Source of the DNA: the human T2T-CHM13v2.0 reference genome, Homo sapiens
Assembly: GCF_009914755.1 (NCBI RefSeq)
Contig: NC_060932.1
Strand: one strand, 5' to 3'
Length of the DNA stretch: 64,000 nucleotides
The number at the start of each line of letters is the position of its first letter. The first letter of the stretch is position 1. Under the pieces are notes generated by a model, which saw only the letters and a list, made by a program, of their open reading frames with translations, had not been told where the DNA came from and ran no database searches. Shown here in pieces: positions 62,849-64,000 of the stretch. The translations under genes and the position numbers were made by a program.

Positions 62849-63484
62849 GAATTATGTTTTAATGAACAGTGTCATGTTCGTGCCTTTTCCAAAGCATTTT
62901 TGTTTGATGTGTTCAATGTCATCATTGGCACTTAACACTCTTCCCAATAGTTTTCATAGATACACCATATTTTTGTGGCACTTATTGCAGCATTTTTTTT
63001 TGTTACATAAATATACAGAAAGTGTTTAGCAATACAAGATAGCTGAGTTATGCCATTAAAAATGTATGCACAGTCCCTGCATGCATCCAAAGGATGCTGA
63101 GCAACCAGCATGGCTTTCATGTGTCCTGTTTCTGCCCTTAGTATCCGTTATCTTCCTGTGTCCTAGAGGCCAAAGTCCCAATGCTAGACCTAGTGGTCCG
63201 GAGTTCACCAGGTCATCCCTCCTGGAGCCACTCTCTCCCACAGCACCCAATTGCTCCAACATACCTTCTCTCTCTTTGAAACAGTTTCACAACAAGAAGG
63301 TGCTGGAAAGGAAACTATGTATTTCTCACACTGTGCTGCTTCGCACCTCTGTAACTTTGTCTCAAAAAACCCAACACAGAGTGTTGTTGGTCATTCAGTG
63401 GGAGGCGCCAATACTTTTCCCTCAAGTTTTTAAAAGATCACTAAGTAAAGCATGCAAGTGAATATTCACATATTCAGCTTCTGT

Positions 63485-63623
63485 TTATTTTTATTATTTT
63501 TTTTTAGTGATGGGGGCCTTGCTGTGTTGCCCAGGCTGGTCTCTAATTCCTGGCCTCAAGCCATCCTCCCATCTCAGCCTCCCAAAGTGCTAGGATTGCA
63601 GGCATGAGGCACCACGCCCAGCC
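63485..63623 (-). mobile_element. FLAM monomer
   Basis: Left-arm-only Alu; TSD TCAG(C/T)TTCTGTTT. Confidence 0.88.
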
Positions 63624-64000
63624 CTCAGTTTCTGTTTTAAAATATCTGACTTTGTTCATGCAGAGATAATCTCATAAATGAAAGATGATTAAAGTTCTAA
63701 TGAGAACCTGTCAACTTTCTAACCTTCAACTTCGCTTACCTACTCTTTGGCATGACTATCTTAATCTAGGGATCCAAAAGAACTTTGGATATTGTTACCT
63801 AGCAACAAGCTTTAAATTATAATGAGGTTAAGTAAGTTTGCCCAGAATCCACATTGTATCAACAACAGATACCTTGCCAGGATTAACTAAACTCCATTAA
63901 CTTGAAAAGCCCTGTAAGTCAAGATTGCCTTCTTAAGTATAAATAAATATAATGCTTCAAAGAAAATAAATACTGTGATGTTTTGAGTCTTTACTGTATT

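Overview
Primate (human-like) intergenic or intronic DNA dominated by transposable elements: about 40 Alus, old L1/L2/MIR fragments, many solo LTRs and one degenerate full-length provirus. I can support no host protein-coding exon, rRNA, tRNA or CRISPR array; the ORFs I could assign derive from Alu, L1 or ERV sequence, and the rest look like chance ORFs. The richest object is a class III (ERVL/HERV-S-like) provirus at 2059-8337. It has two LTRs, a Ser-like PBS, a PPT, a 5-bp TSD, and decayed pol, dUTPase-like and env remnants. It carries an ERV1/MER4-group-like block where gag should be, and it is nested inside an older MER54-like LTR. Outside recognisable repeats, the most notable structures are a near-perfect ~93-bp inverted duplication (36496-36588 / 37346-37437), a pre-miRNA-like hairpin (~18158-18224), and several + strand exon-like segments that may belong to a lncRNA. 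A template-switch palindrome sits at an Alu 5' end (22364-22400). Repeat subfamily names are from memory of consensus sequences, not a database search; boundaries without a stated TSD are approximate. I found no clear evidence of a wholly new biological system.
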